Below, piece after piece: positions 46,037 through 55,700 of a stretch of 64,000 bases of DNA. The translations under genes and the position numbers were made by a program. The DNA comes from an uncultured Planctomycetota bacterium (GTDB taxonomy: Bacteria > Planctomycetota > Planctomycetia > Isosphaerales > Isosphaeraceae). The notes below the pieces were generated by a model that ran no database searches, had not been told where the DNA came from, and saw nothing but the letters and a program-made list of their open reading frames with translations. The first letter of the stretch is position 1, and every line of letters begins with the position of its first letter. The stretch lies in the NCBI GenBank assembly GCA_963737655.1, contig CAVTTN010000002.1, positions 7,168,001-7,232,000 on the forward strand. The letters run 5' to 3'.

Positions 46037-47716
46037 ATGCCAACTCCCCCCCGGCCCCGCCCCTGGACCGCGCCGATCGCCGTCGTCCTCCTCGCCATGC
46101 TCGTCGCCGTCGCCTTCCTGCCGAGCCTCGGCAACGGTTGGGTGGACTGGGACGACACCGAGAATTATCTGGAGAACGCCCGATTCCGCGGCCTCGGCCC
46201 GGATCAACTCCGCTGGGCCCTCTCGACGTATCACGTGGGGGTCTATCAGCCGCTGTCGTGGATGATCTGCGGGGCGGAATACCTGGCGTTCGGGATGGAC
46301 GCGACGGGTTATCACCTCGTCAGCCTGATCTTCCATGCCCTCAACGCGGGACTGCTCTTCGTGCTGGTCCGGGCGCTGGTCCGGCGATGCCGGCCGGGCC
46401 TGGCGGCGGGATCTCCCGGGGCGGTGGAGGCCGGGGCCTTCCTGGCGACGGCCCTGTTCGCCGTCCACCCGCTGAGGGTGGAGGTGGTGGCGTGGAATTC
46501 GTGCCAGCAGTACTTGCCGGCGGCGTCCTTCGCGATCCTGGCGGCCCTGGCCTACCTCCGGGCCCACCCGGCCGACGGTCCGGGCCGACCGGGCTGGGCG
46601 GCAGCTTCCGGGGTCTTGCTGCTCCTGGGCATGCTCTGCAAGGCGGCGGCGATCGGGGTGGCCGGGGCTTTGGTGGTCCTGGACTTCTATCCCCTGGGGA
46701 GGCTGGGGGGCGGGCCCGGTCGCCTCCTCGGGCCCCGGGCCCGGGGCGTCTGGGCGGAGAAGGTCCCGTTCCTCGCGATGGCCGCGTATTTCTCGGTCCA
46801 GGCCGTCCTCGCCAAGACGTCCAACCAGTCGCTCGTGCCGATCTCGCAATACGGGATCGCGGCCCGGATCGCCCACGCGAGCTTCGGCGTCTTCTTCTAC
46901 CCCTTCAAGACGTTCGTGCCCACTCGCCTGTGCACCAATTACTACCTGCCCGAGGGGTATAACTGGTATCCCTGGCCGGGCTGGCCGGCGATCCTCGGCC
47001 TCCTGGCCGTCTCGGCCGCGATGGTGCGGATTCGCTCGAGACGACCGGCGACGGTCGCGGCGTGGGCCGCTTACCTCGTCCTCCTCGCGCCGAGCCTGGG
47101 CGCGATCCGGATCGGCAGCCAGTACGCGGCCGATCGGTACGTCTACTTCGCCTCGATGCCGTGGACGGCCCTTCTGGCCGGCGGCCTGGCGGCCCTTCTG
47201 GCCCGAGGGCCGGCCTGGCGATGGGGGACGATCGGGACCGCTCTCGCCCTGGTGGCGGCCCTGGGCGCCCTGTCCTGGGGGCTCACCGAGACCTGGAAGG
47301 ACTCGGAGGCGCTCTCGCGCCAGGTCCTGGCCAGCAACCCCGCCCCTCCTCCCGAGACCCTCAACGCCCTGGGCCGGACCCGGGCCCGCCGGGGCGCGGC
47401 GGACGAGGCCGAGGCCCTGTACCGGGACGCCCTCCGACGCGACCCGACTTATGCCCCGGCCCGGGTGAGCCTGGGCCTCCTCCGCCTCGACCAGGGCCGG
47501 TTCGAGGACGCCCTCGCCGAGTTCCGCGAGGCCGCGAGGCTCCGGCCCCTCGACGCCGAGCCCCACATCAACCTCGGAGCGGTCTTCGGGCGGATGGGCC
47601 GGTTGGAGGACGCCTCGGACGAGTTCCGCGAAGCCCTCCGGCTCCGGCCCGACAACCAGATCGCCCGAGAGAACCTCCTGAAGGCCGTCTCGGTCCGCAA
47701 ACGTGTCCCTCGCTGA
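46037..47716 (+). CDS. Multi-TM TPR protein (TMTC-like GT-C glycosyltransferase family)
   Basis: WVDWDD first-loop motif, YQPLSW, YHLVSLIFHALN, LFAVHPLRVEVVAW, EKVPF, ADRYVY, WKDSEAL, then TPR repeats. Confidence 0.8.
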   Translation: MPTPPRPRPWTAPIAVVLLAMLVAVAFLPSLGNGWVDWDDTENYLENARFRGLGPDQLRWALSTYHVGVYQPLSWMICGAEYLAFGMDATGYHLVSLIFHALNAGLLFVLVRALVRRCRPGLAAGSPGAVEAGAFLATALFAVHPLRVEVVAWNSCQQYLPAASFAILAALAYLRAHPADGPGRPGWAAASGVLLLLGMLCKAAAIGVAGALVVLDFYPLGRLGGGPGRLLGPRARGVWAEKVPFLAMAAYFSVQAVLAKTSNQSLVPISQYGIAARIAHASFGVFFYPFKTFVPTRLCTNYYLPEGYNWYPWPGWPAILGLLAVSAAMVRIRSRRPATVAAWAAYLVLLAPSLGAIRIGSQYAADRYVYFASMPWTALLAGGLAALLARGPAWRWGTIGTALALVAALGALSWGLTETWKDSEALSRQVLASNPAPPPETLNALGRTRARRGAADEAEALYRDALRRDPTYAPARVSLGLLRLDQGRFEDALAEFREAARLRPLDAEPHINLGAVFGRMGRLEDASDEFREALRLRPDNQIARENLLKAVSVRKRVPR

Positions 47717-47764
47717 TCGCCCGCTGAACAGGCGACACGTCCCGGGACTCGCACCGGGCGATCC

Positions 47765-48880
47765 TCACGGCCGATCCGGCCTGAGCGCCTTGACGATCGC
47801 CCTCTTCAATTCCAGGGGATCGATCGCCCCCTTGGCCTTGTACAGGATCTCCCCTCCCGGCGCGAGCAGGACGGTATAGGGCAACGAGGCGTCCCACTTG
47901 GGGTCGAACGCTTCCATCATCTTGTACTTGTCCTTGTCGCCGAACAGGACGTTCTTGCCCGACGATTGCTTGTCCTTGAGGAAGTTGAGCACTTCCCCCT
48001 TCTCGTCGGGGAACTGGGCGGCGACGGTCACCATCTCGAACGCCCGGCCGCGATACATCCGGTTGATCGTGACCAGCTCCGGGAACTCGGTGACGCACGG
48101 GCCGCACCAGGTCGCCCAGAAATTCACGAGTCGAACCTTGTTCGTCTCATTCTTGCGGAGCGCCTTCATCGCCTCGACGTCGATCGTCTCGACCGACACC
48201 GGCTCCTTGGCGATCTTGGCCATGAACGCCTTGACCTGATCGGCCTTCCCGGCCCACTTGACCGAGCAGCCGAACGCATTGGTCTTCGCGACGGGCGGCT
48301 CCTTGCCGTCCAGGAGGGCGTCCAGGGCGTTGCGGAGGTCGTGCTTCTTCGCCAGGCCCTCCCTCTCGCTATCATCGATCCGGCCCACGTATCGCAGCTT
48401 GCGATCCGAGTCGAAGACGAACGCCTCGGGGGTGGCCGTCGGGCCGTACTTGCGGGCGACCCCGGTCTTGTCGCCTTCGAACAGGTAGGGGAAGTTGAAC
48501 CCGGCCTGCTTCGCGCGAATCTTCATGTCCTCGAACGAGTCGCCGAGGTCGGTATAGCCCAGCTCGTCCAGCCGGACCGAATTCTCGTCGTTCGGGGAGA
48601 TCGCCACCACCGCCACGGACCGATCCTTGTAATCGTCCACGAGTTTCTTCAGGCGGGTTTCATACGCCTGGGCGGTGGGGCAGTGGTTGCAGGTGAAGAC
48701 GATCACCAGGAGCTTCGACTTCGCGAAGTCGTCGAGCGAATACTCCCTGTCATCGACGCCTTTCAGCTTGAATTCCGGGGCCTTCGCGCCGAGTTCCAGG
48801 GTCGGGAACGAAAGGTCGTCGGCGCGGGCGACGAGGGCGAGGCAGAACGGCAGGAGGGCGACGGCTGCGAGTCGTCTCAT
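47765..48880 (-). CDS. Secreted redoxin protein with two thioredoxin-like domains
   Basis: Signal peptide; FTCNHCPTAQAYE...YVGRIDD...FGCSVKW, then VNFWATWCGPCVTEFP. Confidence 0.88.
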   Translation of the reverse strand: MRRLAAVALLPFCLALVARADDLSFPTLELGAKAPEFKLKGVDDREYSLDDFAKSKLLVIVFTCNHCPTAQAYETRLKKLVDDYKDRSVAVVAISPNDENSVRLDELGYTDLGDSFEDMKIRAKQAGFNFPYLFEGDKTGVARKYGPTATPEAFVFDSDRKLRYVGRIDDSEREGLAKKHDLRNALDALLDGKEPPVAKTNAFGCSVKWAGKADQVKAFMAKIAKEPVSVETIDVEAMKALRKNETNKVRLVNFWATWCGPCVTEFPELVTINRMYRGRAFEMVTVAAQFPDEKGEVLNFLKDKQSSGKNVLFGDKDKYKMMEAFDPKWDASLPYTVLLAPGGEILYKAKGAIDPLELKRAIVKALRPDRP

Positions 48881-48992
48881 GGCTTGGGGCCTCTCGCGGA
48901 GGAAGAGGGGAGGGGTCGCCCCTCACGGTATCCGTCGGCGGGGGCCTCCGCAACCGGCCGGGCCCGGCGGGGCGGACTCGGCCGGCATGTCC

Positions 48993-51947
48993 TCACCTGG
49001 ACCTGGCCTGCCACAGGGCGGCCTTTTCGGGCTGGCCCAGGGCGTCGTAAATCCGGGCGAGGGTGTTGGAGGCGACGATGAGCCGGGCCCTGGCGTGGGG
49101 CGGGAGGCGACCTTCCAGGGCCTTGAGCCCTTCATACCCTTCGAGGAGGAACGGCTCGGCCTCGGCGTACTTCTTCTGGCCTTCGAGGGCCTCGCCAAGC
49201 ATCATCCGTCCCAGGAAGCGGTTCGGGTCGTCGTCCCGTCTCTGGTCGAGGGAGATGGACTCGCGGAGGAACGGCTCGGCCTCGGCGTACTTCTTCTGGC
49301 CGCAGAGGTTCTGGCCCAGCCCGCCCAGGGCCAGCGCCAGGTCGGGTTTGATGGCCTGCTTCGACTGCCGGAGGCTCCGCAGGAAGGCCCGGTGGATGGG
49401 CTCGGCCTTCTCGAACTGGCCGCCCAGCTCGTAGGCCCGGGCCAGGACGAACTGGACCTGGACGGCGTCGGGGTGGTCGCCGCCGTTCTTCGCCAGGACC
49501 CGGGGCAGGGTCGGTTCCAGGAGGGTCACGGCCTCGGCCGGGCGGCCGGCGGCCAGGTTCATCACCGCGAGGTTGACCCGTTGAGTGGTCGTGCGCTCGT
49601 GGTCCAGGCCATATTTCGCCTCATAGATCGTCAACAATTCCTTCGCCAGAGGGATCGCCCTCTCCGGCTGGCCCGAGCGGCTATAGGCCCCGGCGAGGTT
49701 GGCGCGAACGGCCAGGGTCAGGGGATGATCGGGGGCGAATTTCGCCGGGAGCAGACGGAGGTTGGCTTCGTGGAGCCGGATGGCGTCGGCGGACCGACCC
49801 AGGCCCTGGTAGGTGACGGCCAGGGTGTTGCGGATGCCGATCACGTCGGCGTGGCCCTCGCCGAACCGGGCCTCGCTGAGGAGGAGACCTCGCTCCAGGA
49901 GGGGCACGGCGTCGCCGGGCCGGGACGCTTGCAGGTAGGCCGAGGCGAGGTTGCTCCGGGTGATCGTCACGATCCGGGCGTCGGGATCGACTCCTGCCTC
50001 CGCGTTCTTGAGGTTCGCGGCGAACAGGGCGACGGCTTCTTCGAGACGGCCCGAGGCGCGGAGGGCGTCGGCCTGGGCGTTCCGGGCCCGGAGGGTGTCG
50101 TGGTGACGAGGGCCGAGCCGGGCCTCGATCCGGTCGGCGGCCTCTTCGATCGCCGGAAGGGCGTCCTTCCAGCGCCCCCTCATGGTCTGGGCCACGGCCA
50201 GATGAACCTGGGCCGAGAGGGTTGCCGGGTTATCCGGGCCGAGGGTCTTCCGACGGTCGGCGACCAGCTCGAGGAAGATGGGTTCGGATTTCGCCGGGAG
50301 GCCGAGCCCTTCGTAGACCTTGCCCAGGGCATCCAGGAGCGCGGCCCGGAGCTCGGGCGAGACCCGGGTCGGGCCGTCCAGGTCGTCTCGGAGCCGGTCC
50401 AGGACGTCCACGACCTTGACCTCGGAGCCGGCCCGGCCGGGGTCGGCGCGGCCCAGGGTCGTCACCAGGAGGTCGGTGACCCCTTCGGCCCGCTCCTTCT
50501 CGCGGTCGGACCGTTCCAGGGCCCTGGTCGTGAGCGCCTGGGCCTTTCGGGTCTCGCCCAGGGCCACATTCGCCCGGATCGCCTGCCAGACGCTGATCGT
50601 CGTCCCCAGGACCAGCGACGCGGCCAGCAGGGCCGCCCCGACGAGCTGGCCCCGGTACTTCCGGGCGAGCTTGCCGAGCCGGTACGAGGCGCTGGGCGGG
50701 CCCGCCTCCACGGGGTCGCCCTGGAGGTGGCGGCCGATGTCCTGAGCGAGGGCCTCGGGCGTCTCATACCGGCGGGCCCGGTCTTTTTCCAGGGCCTTCA
50801 TGACGATCCAGTCCAGGTCGCCGCGGACGAGCCTCCGGAGCCTCGCCGGCTCGGTGCTCCGGGAGGAGGAGAGGCCGGGCAGGGCGTCGCCCGAGTCGTC
50901 CAGGCGGAGGCTGGGGCGGGGCGGCTCCTCCTCGCGGACCCGCCGGAGGATCGCCTCCAGGGCCGTCCGCCGGAGGCTCGCCCGGTCCAGGGGCGTCGTC
51001 CCGACGAGGAGCTCGTACAGGAGGGCCCCGAGCGAGTACACGTCGGTCCGGGTGTCGATGTCCAGCCCCCCCAGGCCCGCCTGCTCGGGGCTCATGTATT
51101 CGGGCGTCCCCACGATCGCGCCGTCCTGGGTCAACATCGTGGCCTCGGCCCCGAGCCGATCGGTCGCCTTGGCGATCCCGAAGTCGATCACCTTCGGCAC
51201 CGGCCGGCCATCCACGAGCGTGACCAGGACGTTCGACGGCTTGATGTCGCGATGGATGATCCCTTTCTGATGGGCATGCTGGATCGCCCGGCAGACCGGG
51301 ACGAACAATTCCAGCCGCTCCCGGGGGGAGAGTCGGGCGGAATCGGCGAACCGGGTGATCGGCGCGCCCTCGACCGGCTCCATCACGAAGAAGGGGCGGC
51401 CGGAGTCGGTCGCCCCGGCGTCGTAGACCCTCGCGATGTTCGGGTGGTCGAGGATCGCCAGGGCCTGACGCTCGGCCTCGAACCGGGCGACGACCTGCGC
51501 GGTGTCCATCCCGGCCTTGATGACCTTCAGCGCGACCTTCCGGCGGACGGGCACCTCCTGGGCGGCGAGGAAGACGGTGCCCATCCCCCCCTCGCCCAGC
51601 TTCGAGAGCAGCAGGTACGGGCCGATCCGGCTGCCGGGGCCCTCGTCGATCGCTCGGCCCGAGGCGGAGGGGATCGCGGCGTAAGATTTGGTGTTACTAG
51701 AGGTTGTCGCGTCGGGATCGACCTCGTCGGTGGTCTCGGGGCCTCTCGGGGCCTCGTCCCGAGGCGTCTCCGGAGGGGTCGCGAGGAAGTCGCCGGCCCG
51801 GCCGTGGGCGTCCAGAAGCTCCTGGACCTGCGCCCTCAGGGAGGGATCGGCGGCGCAGGCCCCGTCGAGGTACTCGGACCGCTCCGGCCCGTCGGCCCGG
51901 GCCAGCGCCTCGGAGAAGATCGACTTCAGGTCGTTGGAGGGCGTCAT
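48993..51947 (-). CDS. Ser/Thr protein kinase with TM helix and TPR repeats
   Basis: LGEGGMGTV, VALKVIK, IHRDIKPSN, DFGIAK, GTPEYMSPEQ, GDLDWIVMKALEKDRARRY, TM helix, TPR/kinesin-light-chain-like repeats. Confidence 0.93.
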   Translation of the reverse strand: MTPSNDLKSIFSEALARADGPERSEYLDGACAADPSLRAQVQELLDAHGRAGDFLATPPETPRDEAPRGPETTDEVDPDATTSSNTKSYAAIPSASGRAIDEGPGSRIGPYLLLSKLGEGGMGTVFLAAQEVPVRRKVALKVIKAGMDTAQVVARFEAERQALAILDHPNIARVYDAGATDSGRPFFVMEPVEGAPITRFADSARLSPRERLELFVPVCRAIQHAHQKGIIHRDIKPSNVLVTLVDGRPVPKVIDFGIAKATDRLGAEATMLTQDGAIVGTPEYMSPEQAGLGGLDIDTRTDVYSLGALLYELLVGTTPLDRASLRRTALEAILRRVREEEPPRPSLRLDDSGDALPGLSSSRSTEPARLRRLVRGDLDWIVMKALEKDRARRYETPEALAQDIGRHLQGDPVEAGPPSASYRLGKLARKYRGQLVGAALLAASLVLGTTISVWQAIRANVALGETRKAQALTTRALERSDREKERAEGVTDLLVTTLGRADPGRAGSEVKVVDVLDRLRDDLDGPTRVSPELRAALLDALGKVYEGLGLPAKSEPIFLELVADRRKTLGPDNPATLSAQVHLAVAQTMRGRWKDALPAIEEAADRIEARLGPRHHDTLRARNAQADALRASGRLEEAVALFAANLKNAEAGVDPDARIVTITRSNLASAYLQASRPGDAVPLLERGLLLSEARFGEGHADVIGIRNTLAVTYQGLGRSADAIRLHEANLRLLPAKFAPDHPLTLAVRANLAGAYSRSGQPERAIPLAKELLTIYEAKYGLDHERTTTQRVNLAVMNLAAGRPAEAVTLLEPTLPRVLAKNGGDHPDAVQVQFVLARAYELGGQFEKAEPIHRAFLRSLRQSKQAIKPDLALALGGLGQNLCGQKKYAEAEPFLRESISLDQRRDDDPNRFLGRMMLGEALEGQKKYAEAEPFLLEGYEGLKALEGRLPPHARARLIVASNTLARIYDALGQPEKAALWQARSR

Positions 51948-52055
51948 CGCCGGGGACCTCCGGGATTGGGGGGAAGGCCGAGGGCCGGTCGGAGGGCCCC
52001 TCGTCCCGGACCATGCTCCGTCCGGGGCCGAGGACCGTCACGGGCCTCGGCGAAT

Positions 52056-52616
52056 TCAAGAAACTCCCAGCTCGCGGAACAGCCACGCCCGGGCGAACGC
52101 CCAGTCGCGCTCGGCCGTCCGAGACGCCACCCCCAGGGCCCCGGCGGCCTCCTCCAGCGACAGCCCGGCGAAGAGGCGGAGCTTCACCAGGTCCGCCCCT
52201 TGGGGATCGAGCCGGGCCAGCCGGCCCAGGGCGTCATCCAGGTCCAGGAGGTCCTCGGGCCTCGCATCGTCACCGACGAGGGAACCCAGGTCCAGGCCCT
52301 CCCGACGACGCCCGCCCCCTCGCTTCAGCCGCTTCCGGTCTCGGGCGCGATCGATCAGGATCCGCCTCATGGCCTCGGCCGCCGCGGCGAAGAAGTGGCC
52401 CCGGCCGTCCCAGAGATCGCCCCGGCCGCCGCCGACCAGCCGGAGGTACGCCTCGTGGACCAGGGCCGTCGGCGCAAGCGTCTGCCCCGGGGCCTCCCGG
52501 GCCAGGCGGGCGGCGGCCAGGCGCCGAAGCTCGTCGTAGACCAACGGCAGGAGTTCCTCGGGGGCCCGAAGGTCGCCCTCCTCGATCGCCCGGGGCCTCC
52601 GCGTCTCGTCGCTCAT
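52056..52616 (-). CDS. ECF sigma factor, TIGR02999 family (ECF43-like)
   Basis: LLPLVYDELRRLAA...QTLAPTALVHEAYLRL...HFFAAAAEAMRRILIDRAR...KRGG...LVKLRLFAGLSLEEAA..LGVASRTAERDWAFARAWL. Confidence 0.92.
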   Translation of the reverse strand: MSDETRRPRAIEEGDLRAPEELLPLVYDELRRLAAARLAREAPGQTLAPTALVHEAYLRLVGGGRGDLWDGRGHFFAAAAEAMRRILIDRARDRKRLKRGGGRRREGLDLGSLVGDDARPEDLLDLDDALGRLARLDPQGADLVKLRLFAGLSLEEAAGALGVASRTAERDWAFARAWLFRELGVS

Positions 52617-52799
52617 GGCCGATCGCCGATCCTTCCCGCCTTCGCCCGGTCCGCCGATCTCTCCAGGATGCCGGGTCGGTCGCGAGAAGTCCGATGATTT
52701 CCCGCAAGAGACCGCGAATGGTATGGTAGGGGGACGGCGGCCTTCGGCCGTCTCCTTCCTTCCGTCGGGTCGGCGGTCTTCTGGGGGCTTCGCACCGGG

Positions 52800-55700
52800 A
52801 TGAGCGTCACTTCCGTCGAGGCGGCCTTGCCGCCGGCGATCTCGTCGCTGGGCCGACCTCTGATCGACCCGGATGCCGAAGGGCCAATCCGGGCCGAGAT
52901 TTATGGCCTCGACCGGCTGGAGGCCCACGCCCGGGCCCTGGCCTCCTCCTGCGACCTGCTCCCCCCTCGGAGACGCGGCAGCCCCTTGCTCCGCCGCTTC
53001 GAGGACAACGGCCGGGTCCTCCTCCGCGTCCATTCGCGGATCATCGCCGCCGAGGAGACCGACGAGGCCCGGTCCATCGACGCCGAATGGCTCGCCGACA
53101 ACTTCCACATCGTCGAGGACGTCCTCCGAGAAGTCCGCCACGACCTGCCCCCCGGCTACGACGGCGAATTGCCCAAGCTCGCCAGCCCCCCGCTTCGCGG
53201 CTACCCCCGCGTCTTCGCCGTTGCGCTGGCGGTGGTCGCCCATTCCGACAGCGAACTCGACGAGACCAGGATCACCCAGTTCGTCGAGGCCTTCCAGGAA
53301 GTCGCCCTCCTGACCATCGGCGAACTCTGGGCCTTGCCCACCATGCTCCGCCTGGTCCTGGTGGAGAACCTCCGCCGCCTGGCCGAGCAGATGATCTTTC
53401 GCCGGGACGAACGCAAGCGAGCCGAGGCGTTCGCCGAGGGCGTGCTCGTGCCCGGGGCCTCGGCCGCCGAGGTCCGCAGCGTCCCCTCGCCCACCGACCC
53501 CTCCGACCCGTTCATCGTCCGCTTGCTGCAACTCTTTCGCGATCAAGGATCTTCGGCGTCGTCGGCCCTCGATCGCCTGGAGGCCCAGCTCGAATCCCGG
53601 GGGCTGGACGCGAACGAGACCCTCCGCCGCGAGCATCGCCGGCAGGCCGCAAATCAAGTCTCCGTCGGCAATTGCGTGACGAGCCTGCGGCTCCTCTCGG
53701 CCCTGGACTGGAATTCCTTCTTCGAACGGGTCAGCCGGGTCGAGGCGATCCTCCGCGACGACCCCTCGGGCGTGTATGCACTCCAGGATTTCCCGACACG
53801 CGACCGCCAGCGCAAGAGCGTGGAGACCATCGCCCGCCGGTCCGGCGCCGATGAGCAAGACGTTGCGCGGAGGGCCATCCAGAGGGCCGTCGAGGGGGCG
53901 TCCGACGGCCCTCGACGCGGCCATGTGGGCTTCTATCTGCTCGAAACCGGCAGCACGCCCCTGAAACGCGAATTCGGCTATCGGGCGGTCGGCCGCGAGC
54001 GGCTCCTGGACTGGACTCGATCGCACCCCAGGCTCGTCTATTTCGGCTCGATCGTCGGCCTGCTCGCCATCCTCACGCTCGGATTGGCCGCGGCGGGGCT
54101 CGGCGGCTCCTTCGGGACTTTTTGGCTGATCGCGGCCGTCCTGGCACTTCTGCTTCCCATGAGCGAGGTGGCGGTCGGGCTGGTCAATCATTTGCTCACC
54201 CTGTTCCTCCCGCCTCGGGTCCTGGCGAAGCTCGAATTCAAGGACGGCCTGCCGGCCGATTGCCCGACCATCGTCGTGATGCCCAGCATGCTCGTCCGCC
54301 CCCAGAGCGCCTCGGCCCTCCTGGAACGGCTCGAAATTCACTATCTCGCCAATCCCGACCCGTCGCTCCGGTTTGCCCTGTTGACCGATTTTGCCGACGC
54401 CGACTCCGAGAATCGCCCCGAGGACGAGGGGTATCTCCGGGATGCTCTCGACCGCGTCCGGCTATTCAACGACCGCTACTCGCCCGACGGCCCCCCGAAG
54501 TTCTTCCTCTTTCATCGGCGGAGAGTCTGGAACCCCGGTCAAGGGCGCTGGATGGGTTGGGAGCGTAAACGAGGCAAACTGTCCGAGTTCAATCGACTGG
54601 TCCGGGGGGCGTCCGATACGACCTATTCGACGCTGAGTGCCGATCCCTCTCTGTTGAAAAACGTTCGGTTCGTCATCACGCTCGACGCCGACACCCAGAT
54701 GCCCCGCGACACCGCCCGGAGGATGGTCGGGACGATCGCGCATCCCCTGAACCGGCCCCGGTTTGACGCCACAAGTGGCCGGGTGGTCGAGGGGTACGGC
54801 GTCTTGCAGCCCCGGGTGAGCTTCCACCTGACCGCGGCCACCCATTCGCGGTTCGCGGCGTTGCTGGCCTCATCGGGCGGGATCGACCCCTACTCCACGG
54901 CGGCCAGCGATGCCTACATGGACCTGTTCGGCCTCGGAAGTTTCACCGGCAAGGGGATTTACGACCTCGACGCCTTCGAGGCCGCCACCGGCCACACCTT
55001 CCCCGAGAACCAGATCCTCAGCCACGACCTGATTGAAGGCAACTTCGCGCGCTGCGGCCTGCTTTCCGATACCGAGCTGTTCGACGACTTCCCGGCCCGC
55101 TACCACGCCTACGCCCGCCGCGAACATCGCTGGGTCCGCGGCGACTGGCAGCTCCTCCCCTGGCTCGGAGGGACGGTGCCGACGGCGTCCGGCCGTCGCC
55201 CGAACACCTTGCCGGCCCTGGAGAAATGGAAACTCTTCGACAACCTGAGGCGGAGCCTGGTCCCGCCCGCCCTGGTCGTCTTCCTGGCCCTGGGCTGGAC
55301 GGTCTTGCCCGGCTCTCCCCTGGCCTGGACCCTGTTCGCCCTGCTCGTCCCGGCCGTTCCTCTGGTCCAGCTCGTCCTGGGCACCCTGATCGGGGCGGCC
55401 CGGTCGCGGTCGCTGGCCGGGTTCAAGCGATGGCCGGACGCCGTCCCGGCCACCCTGGGCCAGGTCGGCCTCTCGATCGTCTTCCTCGCCGACCAGGCCC
55501 GCCACCTCGTCGATGCCACGCTCCGCACCCTGTTCCGCCTGTTCATTTCGCGAAAGAACATGCTCGAATGGGAAACCGCGGCCTCGACCGAGCGGCGTTT
55601 GGGCACGGGCTTGCTTAGTTTCTTCGGGACGATGTGGCCGGCGCCGTTCCTGGCGCTGGCGATCCTGGCCGTGGTCGCCAATGTCCGGCCCGGGGCGTTG

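Noticed and set aside
52617..54341. Apparent 575-aa N-terminal extension of the ECF sigma factor
   Set aside because: It is mostly antisense to ndvB. Sigma homology begins at Met 52616.
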